The translations under genes and the position numbers were made by a program. This document shows, piece after piece, positions 1-10,387 of a DNA stretch of 64,000 bases. Each line of letters opens with the position of its first letter. The stretch's first letter is position 1. The DNA comes from Chlamydiota bacterium (lineage in GTDB: Bacteria; Auribacterota; JACPWU01): the NCBI GenBank assembly GCA_016178055.1, contig JACOUC010000035.1, positions 77,325 to 141,324 of the forward strand, read 5' to 3'. Under the pieces are notes generated by a model. That model saw nothing but the letters and a program-made list of their open reading frames with translations, searched no databases and had not been told where the DNA came from.

Positions 1-117
1 AACAGTTATTGCCCGCTGTACACCCATTTCATGAAGACTTGCCTTTTCTTCTAAAATACCAGCGACATGACGCAATATTTGAGCCGTCTTAGAAACAACT
101 TTTTGGACTCTTTTCAT
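1..117 (-). CDS. Partial CDS (5' end only, runs off the window); unknown product
   Basis: ATG at 117 overlaps the TGA of the upstream gene (ATGA); frame MKRVQKVVSKTAQILRHVAG... stays open to position 1. Confidence 0.55.
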   Translation of the reverse strand, partial: MKRVQKVVSKTAQILRHVAGILEEKASLHEMGVQRAITV

Positions 118-2024
118 ACGAGCACTTCTTGATAAACCTTTCGAGAAGAGTCTTTAGATTCTAAAAACGCAGAAACCGTTTCTTCATTAAGAGGAGACAG
201 GCATTCTTCTCTCATTCTTTCTGACCATGCATTCAAGCGCTCTTGCTCCTCTTTTGAGAGAGATAATTTCTTGAGCACTTGCTCACGCAATTCCTCTACC
301 GAATATGCAGGTGGATCAAACTCTGAAAACCACTCCAGAGGATTCATATTAAAATCCGTTTCTCGCCCAACGGAAATGACAGGAGTTCCTGTAAGGGCAA
401 CCTCAAGGGCAGACGTCGATGCTGAAACGACCGCACATCTAACTTTATCTAACCATTCCTCCATGATGCCTTCTACAAAGACCATATGCCCGGGCAAAGC
501 AAATTCTCTGGACCAAGAAGTAAGACATTCTTTAGAAGTCATCGGATGTGGTTTAAGATAGAATATGATTCCTTCTTTTGCAGAGAAAGCCCTAACCAAT
601 TTATGAAGCAATTCATAAGACGCAATATCTTCCAAAGATAGGACAACCAACACCTTCCCATTCACATCAGTCCCATTAACCAAACCCCGAAAGAGATGTA
701 AATATCTCAAAGAAGGACCTACCCGAAGTTTATCTTGAGAGAAACCTTCTGACACCATCAGATTTCGTGTAAATAGAGAGTTGCAAACAATCACATCAGG
801 ATAGAACATGGCCCGATCTTCTCCAGATGAGCAAAACAGACAAAGCCAAAGGGGATAAGGTGCAAGATAATGCTGATAACCTACCTGTAACACATGGGGC
901 ATAAATTGGCGGAAAGCCAATGATGCAGGTTTTTCAGAAATCATATTTTCAAATGTATCAATAAATATATCGATCTTAATATCTTGAGCACGTAACTTTT
1001 TTATAAGGCGATAATGGAGAATAAACTGCGCAGAACTTCGATCAAGACATTGCTCCCGACAGGCCTCTCTAAAAAGGGCCCGCGTATCCATTCCATCAAA
1101 TATTTTATCTTTGAGAGGCAATGCCACCTGAGAAATAGCAATTCCCATAGCCCAGAGATAATCGCCAAGGGAATAAAAATCTTCAGGAATAATATATTCA
1201 TTTTTAAATTGCCTAAACCACTGAAACGCATCTTTACGAGATCGTTGAATGTTGGACAAGATCGGCAGATAAGCTACTTCATAACCTTTTTTACAAAGCT
1301 CTGTGGGGAGCATTCGAAAATAACGGTCTCGTTTAGAAAGATCAGACACAAAATGCGTTTCATCAACCCATGAACGAATCAAAACGCGGGGACGATCCGT
1401 GGACTCCTTCGTACGATCATTCACTTGGCGTGTCTTCCTTGCATCCCTTCTTGCCCTCATACCCTCCCATAAATAATCAAACCACGAAAGCCACATTTGA
1501 ATACTCCATTTGAGCCAGACCTTGAACCTACCTTCTCGCTTAATAACATAAACTTTATGAACAGCACTTAAAGACCTTTCGAGAGACTGTAAAACCGCTC
1601 GGCTCTCCACAACCATCAAGAGTGACTCAGTGGCATGATTTCCATAATCCTCTCCCATCTTCACATAACATATCTTATGATAAAGGGAATCTAACGCTGT
1701 ATTCTGCTCGGAAACACGCGAGCTTAAAAAGCGCAAGGTGGGATGAGATATTCTCAAACGACCTATCCAATCGAGAAATGGCCTTCTTAATTTCATTGCA
1801 ATATCTTGGAACACCTTTCCTGAATGAATTCTTTCCAATCCTCTTTGACTGAGCATTTCCTCCCAAAGACACATACGAAAATAATCACGCCCCAGATAAA
1901 GCCATTGAGAAGGTAGGTTCCGTTTTTGAATAGACAACGCCTTGAGCCTTTCCAGAGCACGTTCGAGTTTGAATCGAGCAGGGACGAGAAACACGACAGA
2001 AGATCTTAAAGGAGATGGCATCAA
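114..2024 (-). CDS. Large putative surface-carbohydrate transferase (GT-B-like C-terminal half), paralog of 6278..8362
   Basis: 636 aa; GYQH, KPHP and STSALE motifs; sits beside a cytidylyltransferase and an aldolase. Confidence 0.6.
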   Translation of the reverse strand: MMPSPLRSSVVFLVPARFKLERALERLKALSIQKRNLPSQWLYLGRDYFRMCLWEEMLSQRGLERIHSGKVFQDIAMKLRRPFLDWIGRLRISHPTLRFLSSRVSEQNTALDSLYHKICYVKMGEDYGNHATESLLMVVESRAVLQSLERSLSAVHKVYVIKREGRFKVWLKWSIQMWLSWFDYLWEGMRARRDARKTRQVNDRTKESTDRPRVLIRSWVDETHFVSDLSKRDRYFRMLPTELCKKGYEVAYLPILSNIQRSRKDAFQWFRQFKNEYIIPEDFYSLGDYLWAMGIAISQVALPLKDKIFDGMDTRALFREACREQCLDRSSAQFILHYRLIKKLRAQDIKIDIFIDTFENMISEKPASLAFRQFMPHVLQVGYQHYLAPYPLWLCLFCSSGEDRAMFYPDVIVCNSLFTRNLMVSEGFSQDKLRVGPSLRYLHLFRGLVNGTDVNGKVLVVLSLEDIASYELLHKLVRAFSAKEGIIFYLKPHPMTSKECLTSWSREFALPGHMVFVEGIMEEWLDKVRCAVVSASTSALEVALTGTPVISVGRETDFNMNPLEWFSEFDPPAYSVEELREQVLKKLSLSKEEQERLNAWSERMREECLSPLNEETVSAFLESKDSSRKVYQEVLV

Positions 2025-2025
2025 A

Positions 2026-2868
2026 TTATTTTTTCACCCGGCCAGAAACTCGCCATGCCTCAAAACGATGTTCTTGATTAGCAAAACGATCAGAGCCTAA
2101 ACTCCTTCTTGTCCCCATATCCGCATCATAATATTTAAAAAAGAGATCATCGCGATAGGAATGCCGATAGCTCGAGGCTAAGTTTTCAAGTTTCTTCCAA
2201 TGCTTTTCTAAATATTCCTCTGCAGCTCGATAAAAAGGGGTGCCGCGGTTGTCTTCAAATTTAACATCCGATAAACCCATCTTACGCCTCAGCACATTCA
2301 CAATAAACTCGTTCGTATGAATGAAATCGTATTGTGCATCATCAATCGCCACAACACTTCCATCCCCCAAGAGAAAGTCTACTGCGTTTAACTCCTTGAT
2401 AATGGTGTTCCAAACATGATCTCCATCGTGAAAGAAGCAATCGATATGGTCGACCATGCCCTTAAGAATGGGAAGTCCTAACTCGTTAGAAACACTATCG
2501 TAAGGGATCAAATGCCAGGAGGAACTCATCTCCTTATGGAACATCTGACCCAAAGTTTCTACACAAACTCCTCTGATTTGAGATGCCTTTTCAGGGTTCA
2601 AGTCCCATGTATAAACGTGTCCACCATGTTTAAGAGCACTATAGATAAAGACAATCGTACTGGCCCCTACTCCCGTTTCAGCAATCACAAGCTTTCGTCC
2701 CTTGAGTTTCGTTTCTTCCGCTAGCGTTTCTGTAATCTTAAACAAGGCTAAAAATTCGCAGTCAGGGATACCGTTTAACCATTTTGGAAGCAATCGCTTA
2801 ATTGAAATAAGGTATTCTGCCTCATTCTCAATGATTTTTTCCAAAGTCCCCATATAATAGTCATACAT
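2026..2868 (-). CDS. Class I SAM-dependent methyltransferase-like protein
   Basis: ETGVGAST and FHDGDH...IDD motifs; AGGAGA RBS before ATG 2868 (ORF track extends to 2919). Confidence 0.65.
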   Translation of the reverse strand: MYDYYMGTLEKIIENEAEYLISIKRLLPKWLNGIPDCEFLALFKITETLAEETKLKGRKLVIAETGVGASTIVFIYSALKHGGHVYTWDLNPEKASQIRGVCVETLGQMFHKEMSSSWHLIPYDSVSNELGLPILKGMVDHIDCFFHDGDHVWNTIIKELNAVDFLLGDGSVVAIDDAQYDFIHTNEFIVNVLRRKMGLSDVKFEDNRGTPFYRAAEEYLEKHWKKLENLASSYRHSYRDDLFFKYYDADMGTRRSLGSDRFANQEHRFEAWRVSGRVKK

Positions 2869-2885
2869 AAAACATCTCCTTATTT

Positions 2886-3668
2886 CTATCTTTGACCCTT
2901 CAACAGTTCTTCGTACCAATGACGGGCCGTGTCAAATCCATCCCGTAATATGGCACAGTCGACACGATATGAAATGAATCGAAACCCCGACTCAAAAAGA
3001 AATTGCAAATAATTCTTATCCCAAGCAATTGAGCCGGCAACCCTTCTATGGGCCTCAATGAGCTTGACACATTCTTTCACAAGCTTCAGAACTTTAGGAT
3101 GAGTTAACTCTCCAGGGATACCTACCGCCTGAGAGATATCATAGAGCCCAAGATAAATGAGATCCAGACCCGGCACTTGTGCAATCTCCTCGAGATTCCT
3201 AATTCCCTCTTCTCCCTCGACAAGAATTCCTACAAACAACTGATCATTCGCATACCGAAGCTTTGGAGCTAACTCAATATCCGAATAGCCATGGTTACGC
3301 GTAAAGGGGGATAGCCCTCGATTACCCTCTGGAAAATATTTAGTTGCCTGAACAATCCTCAAAGCTTCTTGAGCAGTGGACACGTGGGAGACTAAAAGTG
3401 CCTTTACCCCAATCTCCAACGCATGAAGAATGGTCAATTCATTTCCTTCTCCAAGGCGGATAATCGGTGTACATCCCGAGGATTCAGTCGCATAGATTTG
3501 ACTCTCCGCAGTCTCAAAGGACATGGGACCATGCTCCATGTCGATAATCACAAAGTCTAGACCTGCATGGCCAATCGCATTCATGACAGATGGCGAGGCG
3601 AGCATAGACCAGGTTCCAAAGACCCGTCCCCCAGCTTTAAGCTTGGTCTTAATTTTGTTTTCTGTCAC
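2886..3668 (-). CDS. HpcH/HpaI-family aldolase
   Basis: GLDFVIIDMEHG and YLGLYDIS motifs; start set to GTG 3668. Confidence 0.85.
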   Translation of the reverse strand: MTENKIKTKLKAGGRVFGTWSMLASPSVMNAIGHAGLDFVIIDMEHGPMSFETAESQIYATESSGCTPIIRLGEGNELTILHALEIGVKALLVSHVSTAQEALRIVQATKYFPEGNRGLSPFTRNHGYSDIELAPKLRYANDQLFVGILVEGEEGIRNLEEIAQVPGLDLIYLGLYDISQAVGIPGELTHPKVLKLVKECVKLIEAHRRVAGSIAWDKNYLQFLFESGFRFISYRVDCAILRDGFDTARHWYEELLKGQR

Positions 3669-4473
3669 GATCGCCTGCCAACATTTCTTGTCTTCGACCG
3701 GCATAAGAAGGATAAAACTCATCACGCCGCATTGCCCTTTCAGCTTCCTGTCTGTCTGGCTCTGTATCTACGGAAACACTCCGATAAGGGGACTTCGCTG
3801 TTCTGACCTTGATCCCATGCTCAACCGCCCGAAGCAATTCAATGGACTCGGCAATTTCGTAAGGGGTCGCAGACATTTCTTGAAAGTCTAGGAGAAACTT
3901 TTTCCTGAATGGCATGATGGCAACCTGTTTAAGGCGAGGCCCAATTCTATCCCGTATATTCGATGGAATCGAGCTGCGAGACATGAATAAAATATCTTCC
4001 CTCTCGTCCACGACAACCTTCACCTCGTTGGGGTCTAACCACTCCTTCTCATTGGCATCCGCTACCAATGTGAGAATCTGTACCTTGGGGTCGGCGAGGA
4101 GGGGAGCAATGGCTAGATCAATCATCCCTGGATGAATCAGAGGTTCATCCCCTTGAACCACAACCACGATGTCGTCATCAGCTAAATTTTGCTTTCTACA
4201 AGCCTCTGCCACACGCAGCGCAGGTCTAGAAATCTCCTGATGTGTCATGTATACCTTTCCCCCAAATCCTAGAACAGTCTGGCGAATTGCTTCATCACAG
4301 GCAGCGACAAACACATCGTCCACATGTTTCACAAGCAAGCACCGCTTGTAAACATGCTCGATCATGGATATTCCAAGAATTTTCGCCAACGGCTTTCCAG
4401 GAAATCGCGAGGAACCCATCCGAACAGGTATGCCAATCACTACTTTCACAGAGTTCCCATTCTTTTTAGACAT
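3649..4473 (-). CDS. KdsB-like (CMP-Kdo synthetase family) cytidylyltransferase
   Basis: IPVRMGSSRFPGKPL, QGDEP, ESIELLR, SVDT. Confidence 0.88.
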   Translation of the reverse strand: MSKKNGNSVKVVIGIPVRMGSSRFPGKPLAKILGISMIEHVYKRCLLVKHVDDVFVAACDEAIRQTVLGFGGKVYMTHQEISRPALRVAEACRKQNLADDDIVVVVQGDEPLIHPGMIDLAIAPLLADPKVQILTLVADANEKEWLDPNEVKVVVDEREDILFMSRSSIPSNIRDRIGPRLKQVAIMPFRKKFLLDFQEMSATPYEIAESIELLRAVEHGIKVRTAKSPYRSVSVDTEPDRQEAERAMRRDEFYPSYAGRRQEMLAGDRDRKQN

Positions 4474-5410
4474 TCTGCAATTTCCAGTCTTGCCTGACCC
4501 AACTGGCCATCTCTGCTAAACCCTCCTCTAATCTCACCGTGGGTTTCCAACCCAAATCCTCTTGAAGCAAAGATGAATCTCCATAGATTCCAAACTGGTC
4601 GCGACGTGTTGGATCACCTTGTATGATAGGGTAATTCTCTGAATGTCCAAAAACTTGAATGATCTCTTTCAATAAGTCCGATACATAGGTCTTGCGACCC
4701 GTCGAAACATTGTAAACCTTCCCATAAGCTCGCTCATTTCCCACACATCGAACAAAGGCATCCACAATATCTTTGATAAAGACAAAGTCTCGAAAACGCT
4801 CTTTCGAGCCGCGTACCAAGATGGGCTCCCCTCGAGCTACATAAGCCATATAAATGCTCACCATACCTTGCTTTAAATTATCCATATCCTGCATCGGTCC
4901 ATAGACATTAAAAAGACGCAAGCTTGTCGTGTTCACTCCAAAACCCTGATAGATCTGGCAAAGGTATTCGGAGGCAATTTTACCAACCGCATACGGTGAA
5001 GGAGGTCGAACGGGACTAGACTCTGTTACAGGAAGCATTGAAGGATCTCCATACACGTTCATCGAGCTGGCAAAGACAAACTGCTTGACCTGATGCTTCA
5101 AACACCATTGGAGAAGAAGCAATGTAGAAAAGGCATTGGCCTTAAGATCGAAGACAGGGCGCTCAAACGACAGCTCCTGTCCCACATGAGAAGCCAAATG
5201 AAAAACAACATCAACACCCTCTTTTGGAAGCTCTAGAGCTGTGTCCTCATCTGTAAGATCAAGCCACTTGAATACGACTCCGGTAGGAAGATTGCGAATA
5301 TAACCTGAAGATAGATTATCGACCGCTAGAACAGAGTGTCCGTCCTTTAACAAGCGACGACATAAATGAGAACCGATAAAACCTGCGCCCCCTGTGACAA
5401 TCACTCTCAT
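4466..5410 (-). CDS. NAD-dependent epimerase/dehydratase
   Basis: TGGAGFIG, YAVGK, FNVYGP. Confidence 0.9.
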   Translation of the reverse strand: MRVIVTGGAGFIGSHLCRRLLKDGHSVLAVDNLSSGYIRNLPTGVVFKWLDLTDEDTALELPKEGVDVVFHLASHVGQELSFERPVFDLKANAFSTLLLLQWCLKHQVKQFVFASSMNVYGDPSMLPVTESSPVRPPSPYAVGKIASEYLCQIYQGFGVNTTSLRLFNVYGPMQDMDNLKQGMVSIYMAYVARGEPILVRGSKERFRDFVFIKDIVDAFVRCVGNERAYGKVYNVSTGRKTYVSDLLKEIIQVFGHSENYPIIQGDPTRRDQFGIYGDSSLLQEDLGWKPTVRLEEGLAEMASWVRQDWKLQNV

Positions 5411-6243
5411 CGTGAATCCTTTCGCCGAGATGGTCCAACCACATACTGGCCTTCAAGAGAATCCTCCATACCCGATCTACCCTTCACAAAAAACTGGTTC
5501 GTCAATTCTCCCAACCCCTCCACACGTGCCGTGTAGATATCCCCATGCTGGACAAAATGCATCCCCACCGTATCGGGCGGATTCCCTGTCAGAATAACAT
5601 CCCAAGGCTCAAGGGTGATCCAAGTCGAGAGCCAGGACACAATCTTAGGCCATTGCCAAACCTGTGCACTCGAACGAGCACGCCGAATGACCTCACCATT
5701 TTGAATCGCTTCAATCAGGCAGTCAGACGGGTCAAAATCTGTATCGATCCAAGGACCGATCGGACAGAATTGATCCGGACATTTTGATCGAGCGAGATGA
5801 TGGTCCCGATGATCCACGTTTTCTACGGTCACATCATTTCCAATGGTAAATCCTAAAATTCCTTCTCTCACCTGATTTTCTAAAATATTCTTGAGCGGTT
5901 TTTTAATCACGACTGCCAGTTCTGCTTCTCCCCACCAGGGAAGAGCTGGAAACGGGTTTATGACCGCTTCACCAGGACCGCACACACTTGTTGAGGATTT
6001 CAAAAAAACAAGAGGTTCGTTCATCATCGACGAATAGCCATCAATCCCTGGAAAATTGATCGCGATGGCTAAAATTTTATTGGGACGACACGGGGCAAGC
6101 AACGAAACCAAATCTAAAGTTCCAACTTTTTCCTTCCTTTCTACTTTGACAAGAGGATCTCCTGAAACCCGATAAACGTCAGAGCCTTCTACACATCCAT
6201 ACTCTGGATGACCCTCATTACTTTTGTATCGAACAAGTCTCAA
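5407..6243 (-). CDS. Fumarylacetoacetate hydrolase family protein
   Basis: PLVFLK, EAELAVVI, NDVT, GPWI, DVILTG; start probably TTG 6243 (ORF track 6354). Confidence 0.85.
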   Translation of the reverse strand: MRLVRYKSNEGHPEYGCVEGSDVYRVSGDPLVKVERKEKVGTLDLVSLLAPCRPNKILAIAINFPGIDGYSSMMNEPLVFLKSSTSVCGPGEAVINPFPALPWWGEAELAVVIKKPLKNILENQVREGILGFTIGNDVTVENVDHRDHHLARSKCPDQFCPIGPWIDTDFDPSDCLIEAIQNGEVIRRARSSAQVWQWPKIVSWLSTWITLEPWDVILTGNPPDTVGMHFVQHGDIYTARVEGLGELTNQFFVKGRSGMEDSLEGQYVVGPSRRKDSR

Positions 6244-6277
6244 ATTTTTACTGTTAAAAAAACTCTTGGATTTTTTT

Positions 6278-8362
6278 TCATGCAAGTGCTTCTTGAAAAA
6301 TCTTTTGGGAGGAAGCCTCTTTAGGCTTGACAAATGCAGAGATTGTATCTTCATTGATGGTCGAAAGGCATTCTTTTTTCATCTCTTCGGCCCAAATCTT
6401 CAAACGTGTCCGTTCCTCTTCTGAGAAAGATAATTTCTTGAGCACTTGCTTACGCAATTCCTCCACTGAATAAACAGGCGGATCAAATTCCGAAAACCAT
6501 TCCAGAGGATCCATATTAAAATCTGTTTCACGCCCCACACGAACACACGGTACTGCAGCCAATGCAATTTCAAGAGAAGCGGTCGTAGAGGCAGCAATAA
6601 CAGCACACGCCGCTCGTGAGAGCCAATCAGAGATTGCCCCTCCTACACAAATCATGTGAGAAGGCAAAGTCTCCATTCCTAGCCCGCATTTCTCATCAGA
6701 TTTCGTCACGAGAGCGTCGAGTCCGCTTTGGATGCGAGGAAGACGACCGAGGCCATGCGAGGCATACTTTGCAGTATGTTGAGTGTGGCCGACCGAGTCT
6801 GCACGGAGAGACGAGGCGGAATCGGCGCTCGCAGTAGAAATGTGATGAGAAATGCGGGCTAACAGAGTGTGGAATCCCTTTTCCGACATCATCGGATGAC
6901 GTTTCACCCAAAATCGAATCCCCTCGTCTCGTGGGAAAGTGCTGACAAGCTTTAACAAAACTTCCAGGGTCGCCATTCTATCCAAAGATAGAACAACCAG
7001 CACGGTATTAGGCTCTGGAGCCTTTTTAGAATCCTTTGAGAAGAAGTGAAGATATCGAAAGGAGGGCCCTACCCGCAATTTACCTGAAGGAAAACCTGCC
7101 TTCTGCATCTGAGCAACCATGAATGGAGAATTACAAACAATCACATCTGGATGAGGAGAAATCGTGAGCTCTTTGGGCGTTGTGTATTTTGACATCATGA
7201 ACGGCTCCATTGCAATATAATGCTCAAACCCTACCGTCATTGTTTTGGGCATCCACTGTCGAAAGGCGATCACTTGAGGCTTTTCATTCAGCATGTTTTC
7301 AAACATATCGATAAAGATATCAATGGAGAAACCTTTCTTAGATAATTTCTTGATCAAACGATAATATAAAATGAACTTTACTCCTCCCTTATGGCAAGCC
7401 TGGTCACGACAAAATTCTCGAACAAGGGAAGAGATATTTAATCCCTCAAAGGAGTGTTTACCCAAGACCAACCAAGCCTGACGGATGACAACAGAGGCAG
7501 CCCAAACGTAATCGAAAATTGAATAAAAATCTTCAGGAATTAAATAGTGTCCTGGGTGGGCATGAAACCATTCGAAGGCACTTCGCAAAGATCTTTGAAT
7601 TTGCGAGAGCCATGGAATGACGAGCACCTCATAGCCGCGCTTCCTTAGGAGCTCCGCAAGCCCTGAAAAATAACGATCTTGAGGAATATTATTGCTAAAA
7701 TAGCTTTCGTCAATACACGTATGGATCACAACACGCTTCTGAAAACTTCCGCTTGATGAAGGGAAGCTCTCTCTCTCGCCTGCGTCACGTGCATCTTGTA
7801 GAACTTTCCGGGCATTTAAAAGAAACCGTATCCATATCCGGACCCAACGATAAAACCAACGGAATCTCGGAAGGTTTCCCTTTAAGGAACGATGAGGGCA
7901 AACACGTTTCCTCAATTCAGGAATATCGGCAAGGGCCCTCAACACAGAATCATGTTCGGCTACGATCAGAATAAGTGAAAAATCACTCTGGGTTTCGTCA
8001 AATGCAATGCGTAGATAGCACATCCGATGGAACAATGAATCAATCATGGTATCACGCTCTGCAATCTTGGAACTCCACCAGACAAAAGAATTATTTTTTT
8101 CTCCCAATTCGGCAATCCATTCCAAATAAGGTTGTTTCCAGCGTCTCGCAAGCCCTTGAAGTTTGGAGGCATAATTCACACGCTCAAAATTTTCACCTAG
8201 CAAGGACTCCCACGCTAGCATCCTCTCGTAATTTCTTCCTAAGTAAATCCACTTCTGTTTCAAGTCCGACGAAGAATGAATGATGCCCAACTTTTCTTTC
8301 AACTTTTTGCGTTGAAAATGGTCTAAATCCTCCGCCAAGAACAAATAAATTTTAGATTGCAT
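6278..8362 (-). CDS. Large putative surface-carbohydrate transferase carrying an in-frame 60-aa MITE-derived insertion
   Basis: Colinear with 114..2024 except for 60 extra residues encoded by 6680-6859. Confidence 0.65.
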   Translation of the reverse strand: MQSKIYLFLAEDLDHFQRKKLKEKLGIIHSSSDLKQKWIYLGRNYERMLAWESLLGENFERVNYASKLQGLARRWKQPYLEWIAELGEKNNSFVWWSSKIAERDTMIDSLFHRMCYLRIAFDETQSDFSLILIVAEHDSVLRALADIPELRKRVCPHRSLKGNLPRFRWFYRWVRIWIRFLLNARKVLQDARDAGERESFPSSSGSFQKRVVIHTCIDESYFSNNIPQDRYFSGLAELLRKRGYEVLVIPWLSQIQRSLRSAFEWFHAHPGHYLIPEDFYSIFDYVWAASVVIRQAWLVLGKHSFEGLNISSLVREFCRDQACHKGGVKFILYYRLIKKLSKKGFSIDIFIDMFENMLNEKPQVIAFRQWMPKTMTVGFEHYIAMEPFMMSKYTTPKELTISPHPDVIVCNSPFMVAQMQKAGFPSGKLRVGPSFRYLHFFSKDSKKAPEPNTVLVVLSLDRMATLEVLLKLVSTFPRDEGIRFWVKRHPMMSEKGFHTLLARISHHISTASADSASSLRADSVGHTQHTAKYASHGLGRLPRIQSGLDALVTKSDEKCGLGMETLPSHMICVGGAISDWLSRAACAVIAASTTASLEIALAAVPCVRVGRETDFNMDPLEWFSEFDPPVYSVEELRKQVLKKLSFSEEERTRLKIWAEEMKKECLSTINEDTISAFVKPKEASSQKIFQEALA
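6680..6861. mobile_element. 178-bp MITE with 17-bp perfect terminal inverted repeats, flanked by TA
   Basis: TA|GCCCGCATTTCTCATCA (6682)...TGATGAGAAATGCGGGC (6859)|TA; second copy at 45378. Confidence 0.9.
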
Positions 8363-9308
8363 AGGCCATGATCTCCCGCACAGGTTTTGCAAGTTCAAGT
8401 CCCGCAATCGCAGCACGCCCCATTGCTAAAATCCCTTCTTCCGTGCTTCCTCCAATATGAGGAGTCGCAATAAAATTGGGTAGCCGTAACAACTCCGTAT
8501 CCGTAGGCGGTTCCATTCTAAAAACATCAAAAGCAGCTCCCGCCAAGCGTTCCTCTTTCAACATCATCTTCAGCGCCTCCTCATCTACAAGTCCTCCCCT
8601 AGAAGTATTGATAAGAATGGCCGTAGATTTCATAAGAGAAAGTCGCTTTTTATCTAGAATATTTTGCGTCGTTTCAGTCAAAGGAAGATGAAGTGAAACG
8701 ACATCGGATTGCGTCAAAAGTTTTTCGAGGGAAACATACTGCACTCCAAATTGATGAATAAGATGTGCATCCTCTCGTAAATCATGGCACAAAATCCGGC
8801 ACTGAAAGGGTTGAAGAAGCTCTATCAAATCCTTTCCCACATAACCACATCCCACAACACCGATGGTACGACCTGTGAGGTATTGTCCTTTCCTCTGCTG
8901 CCATTTTCCAGAACGTACCTCTTGATGAAGAAGAGCAAGATGCCTTAACAGAACTAACGTAAAGCCTAGAACGAGTTCCGAAACAGATCTCCGATTAACG
9001 CCCGGAGTCCATGAAAGTTCGATTTTGTGTCGCGAAAGCGCCTCAAGATCCAGCCTATCTAATCCCACCCCAAACTTCGAGATCACCTTGAGATCTGGCA
9101 AAAAGGAAAGAATCTCTTCTTTCAACACCTCCAGCGCTATAATGGCCTTTACCTGCCCTTTCAAAAAAGACACGAGGGCGTCACCGGAAAGGGAAATTCC
9201 CCCATCATTGAAACGCACATGAGAATACTTCTCAGACAGTTCAGCCCTTAAAATCGGATGTTTTGAAAAAGACCGCGAAGTGACCGCAATCGGTGATGGA
9301 TCTTTCAT
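8352..9308 (-). CDS. D-3-phosphoglycerate / 2-hydroxyacid dehydrogenase family protein
   Basis: GVGLD, GCGYVG, INTSRG, DVF..EP, TPHIGG. Confidence 0.9.
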   Translation of the reverse strand: MKDPSPIAVTSRSFSKHPILRAELSEKYSHVRFNDGGISLSGDALVSFLKGQVKAIIALEVLKEEILSFLPDLKVISKFGVGLDRLDLEALSRHKIELSWTPGVNRRSVSELVLGFTLVLLRHLALLHQEVRSGKWQQRKGQYLTGRTIGVVGCGYVGKDLIELLQPFQCRILCHDLREDAHLIHQFGVQYVSLEKLLTQSDVVSLHLPLTETTQNILDKKRLSLMKSTAILINTSRGGLVDEEALKMMLKEERLAGAAFDVFRMEPPTDTELLRLPNFIATPHIGGSTEEGILAMGRAAIAGLELAKPVREIMAYAI

Positions 9309-10387
9309 TGACGCACTCGATGAAAATACTCGGAACAAATGTCGTGAAAACGCTCATCGTTAGATACACCCTTCTTAACGATGCATGCTACGGCATCTGG
9401 CAAGATGAGCGTCAAATGAGAATTTGTATTTTTCTTATCTTTCCCCAAGGCATCCAGAAAAGGATTGAATGGAATATCTATATTCTCATACCCTTGATAA
9501 TTCATTTTTAAAATAGGGTGCACACGATCAAAATGTTCCTGCTTCATATTCCCCAACTGGACAGAGACAAAGTTGGCCATATCCATTCCCATGCTAACAG
9601 CAATTCCGTGTGGAATCGCGAAGTCTGTAGCTGATTCAATGGCATGGCCAAAGCTATGTCCATAATTCATAATGTTGCGAATTCCCTGATCAAATTCATC
9701 TACTTCAATGATGCGTTGCTTAATCTTTAAAGATTGATAGATGTTTTTTTCCAAAAGGGCACGATCCTTTAAAAGAAAAGGATAATCCGCTGCAATTTGA
9801 TCAAAGGTGCGGGGACCCTCAATCAGAGAAACCTTAAGCATCTCGCCAATTCCAGATCGTAAATCGCGTTCATCCAGAGAATCAAGGAATCGAAGGCTCA
9901 CCACAATCTTACGCGGAGGGGTAAAAGTCCCAACAATGTTTTTAATCTTACCGACATTAATAGAGCTCTTAGATCCAATGCAGGAATCAGCCTGAGCCAA
10001 AAGTGTTGTAGGGAAAAAATACCAATCGAGGCCCCGCAAGAGAACGGCTGCGAGAAAGCATGTGATATCTTGGATAATACCCCCACCTATGGCAATCAAC
10101 AAATGTCCGCGCCGAATGTTTTGTCTCACAAGATGTTCAATATAATCACAAAATTGATCCAGTGATTTATTCATCTCCGTTGCGGGTATGAGCAGGATCG
10201 AAGGGGATTTTAAAATATGATTTAATTCTTGCGCATACAGACTCGCAACCTTTTCATCCACGATAAAGTGTGTGGAACTTGAAATGAGATCGTTTAAAAA
10301 TGAAAAGGGATCGTCTTTGAAATGAACCGTATAAGGCCCTCGATGAGACTGGATGGTGATGGGCTCAAACACGTGTAAATCCACCAT
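9305..10387 (-). CDS. 3-dehydroquinate synthase-like sugar-phosphate cyclase
   Basis: GGGIIQD, PTTLLAQADS, GEMLK, NYGHSFGHAIE, HGIAV. Confidence 0.85.
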   Translation of the reverse strand: MVDLHVFEPITIQSHRGPYTVHFKDDPFSFLNDLISSSTHFIVDEKVASLYAQELNHILKSPSILLIPATEMNKSLDQFCDYIEHLVRQNIRRGHLLIAIGGGIIQDITCFLAAVLLRGLDWYFFPTTLLAQADSCIGSKSSINVGKIKNIVGTFTPPRKIVVSLRFLDSLDERDLRSGIGEMLKVSLIEGPRTFDQIAADYPFLLKDRALLEKNIYQSLKIKQRIIEVDEFDQGIRNIMNYGHSFGHAIESATDFAIPHGIAVSMGMDMANFVSVQLGNMKQEHFDRVHPILKMNYQGYENIDIPFNPFLDALGKDKKNTNSHLTLILPDAVACIVKKGVSNDERFHDICSEYFHRVRQ

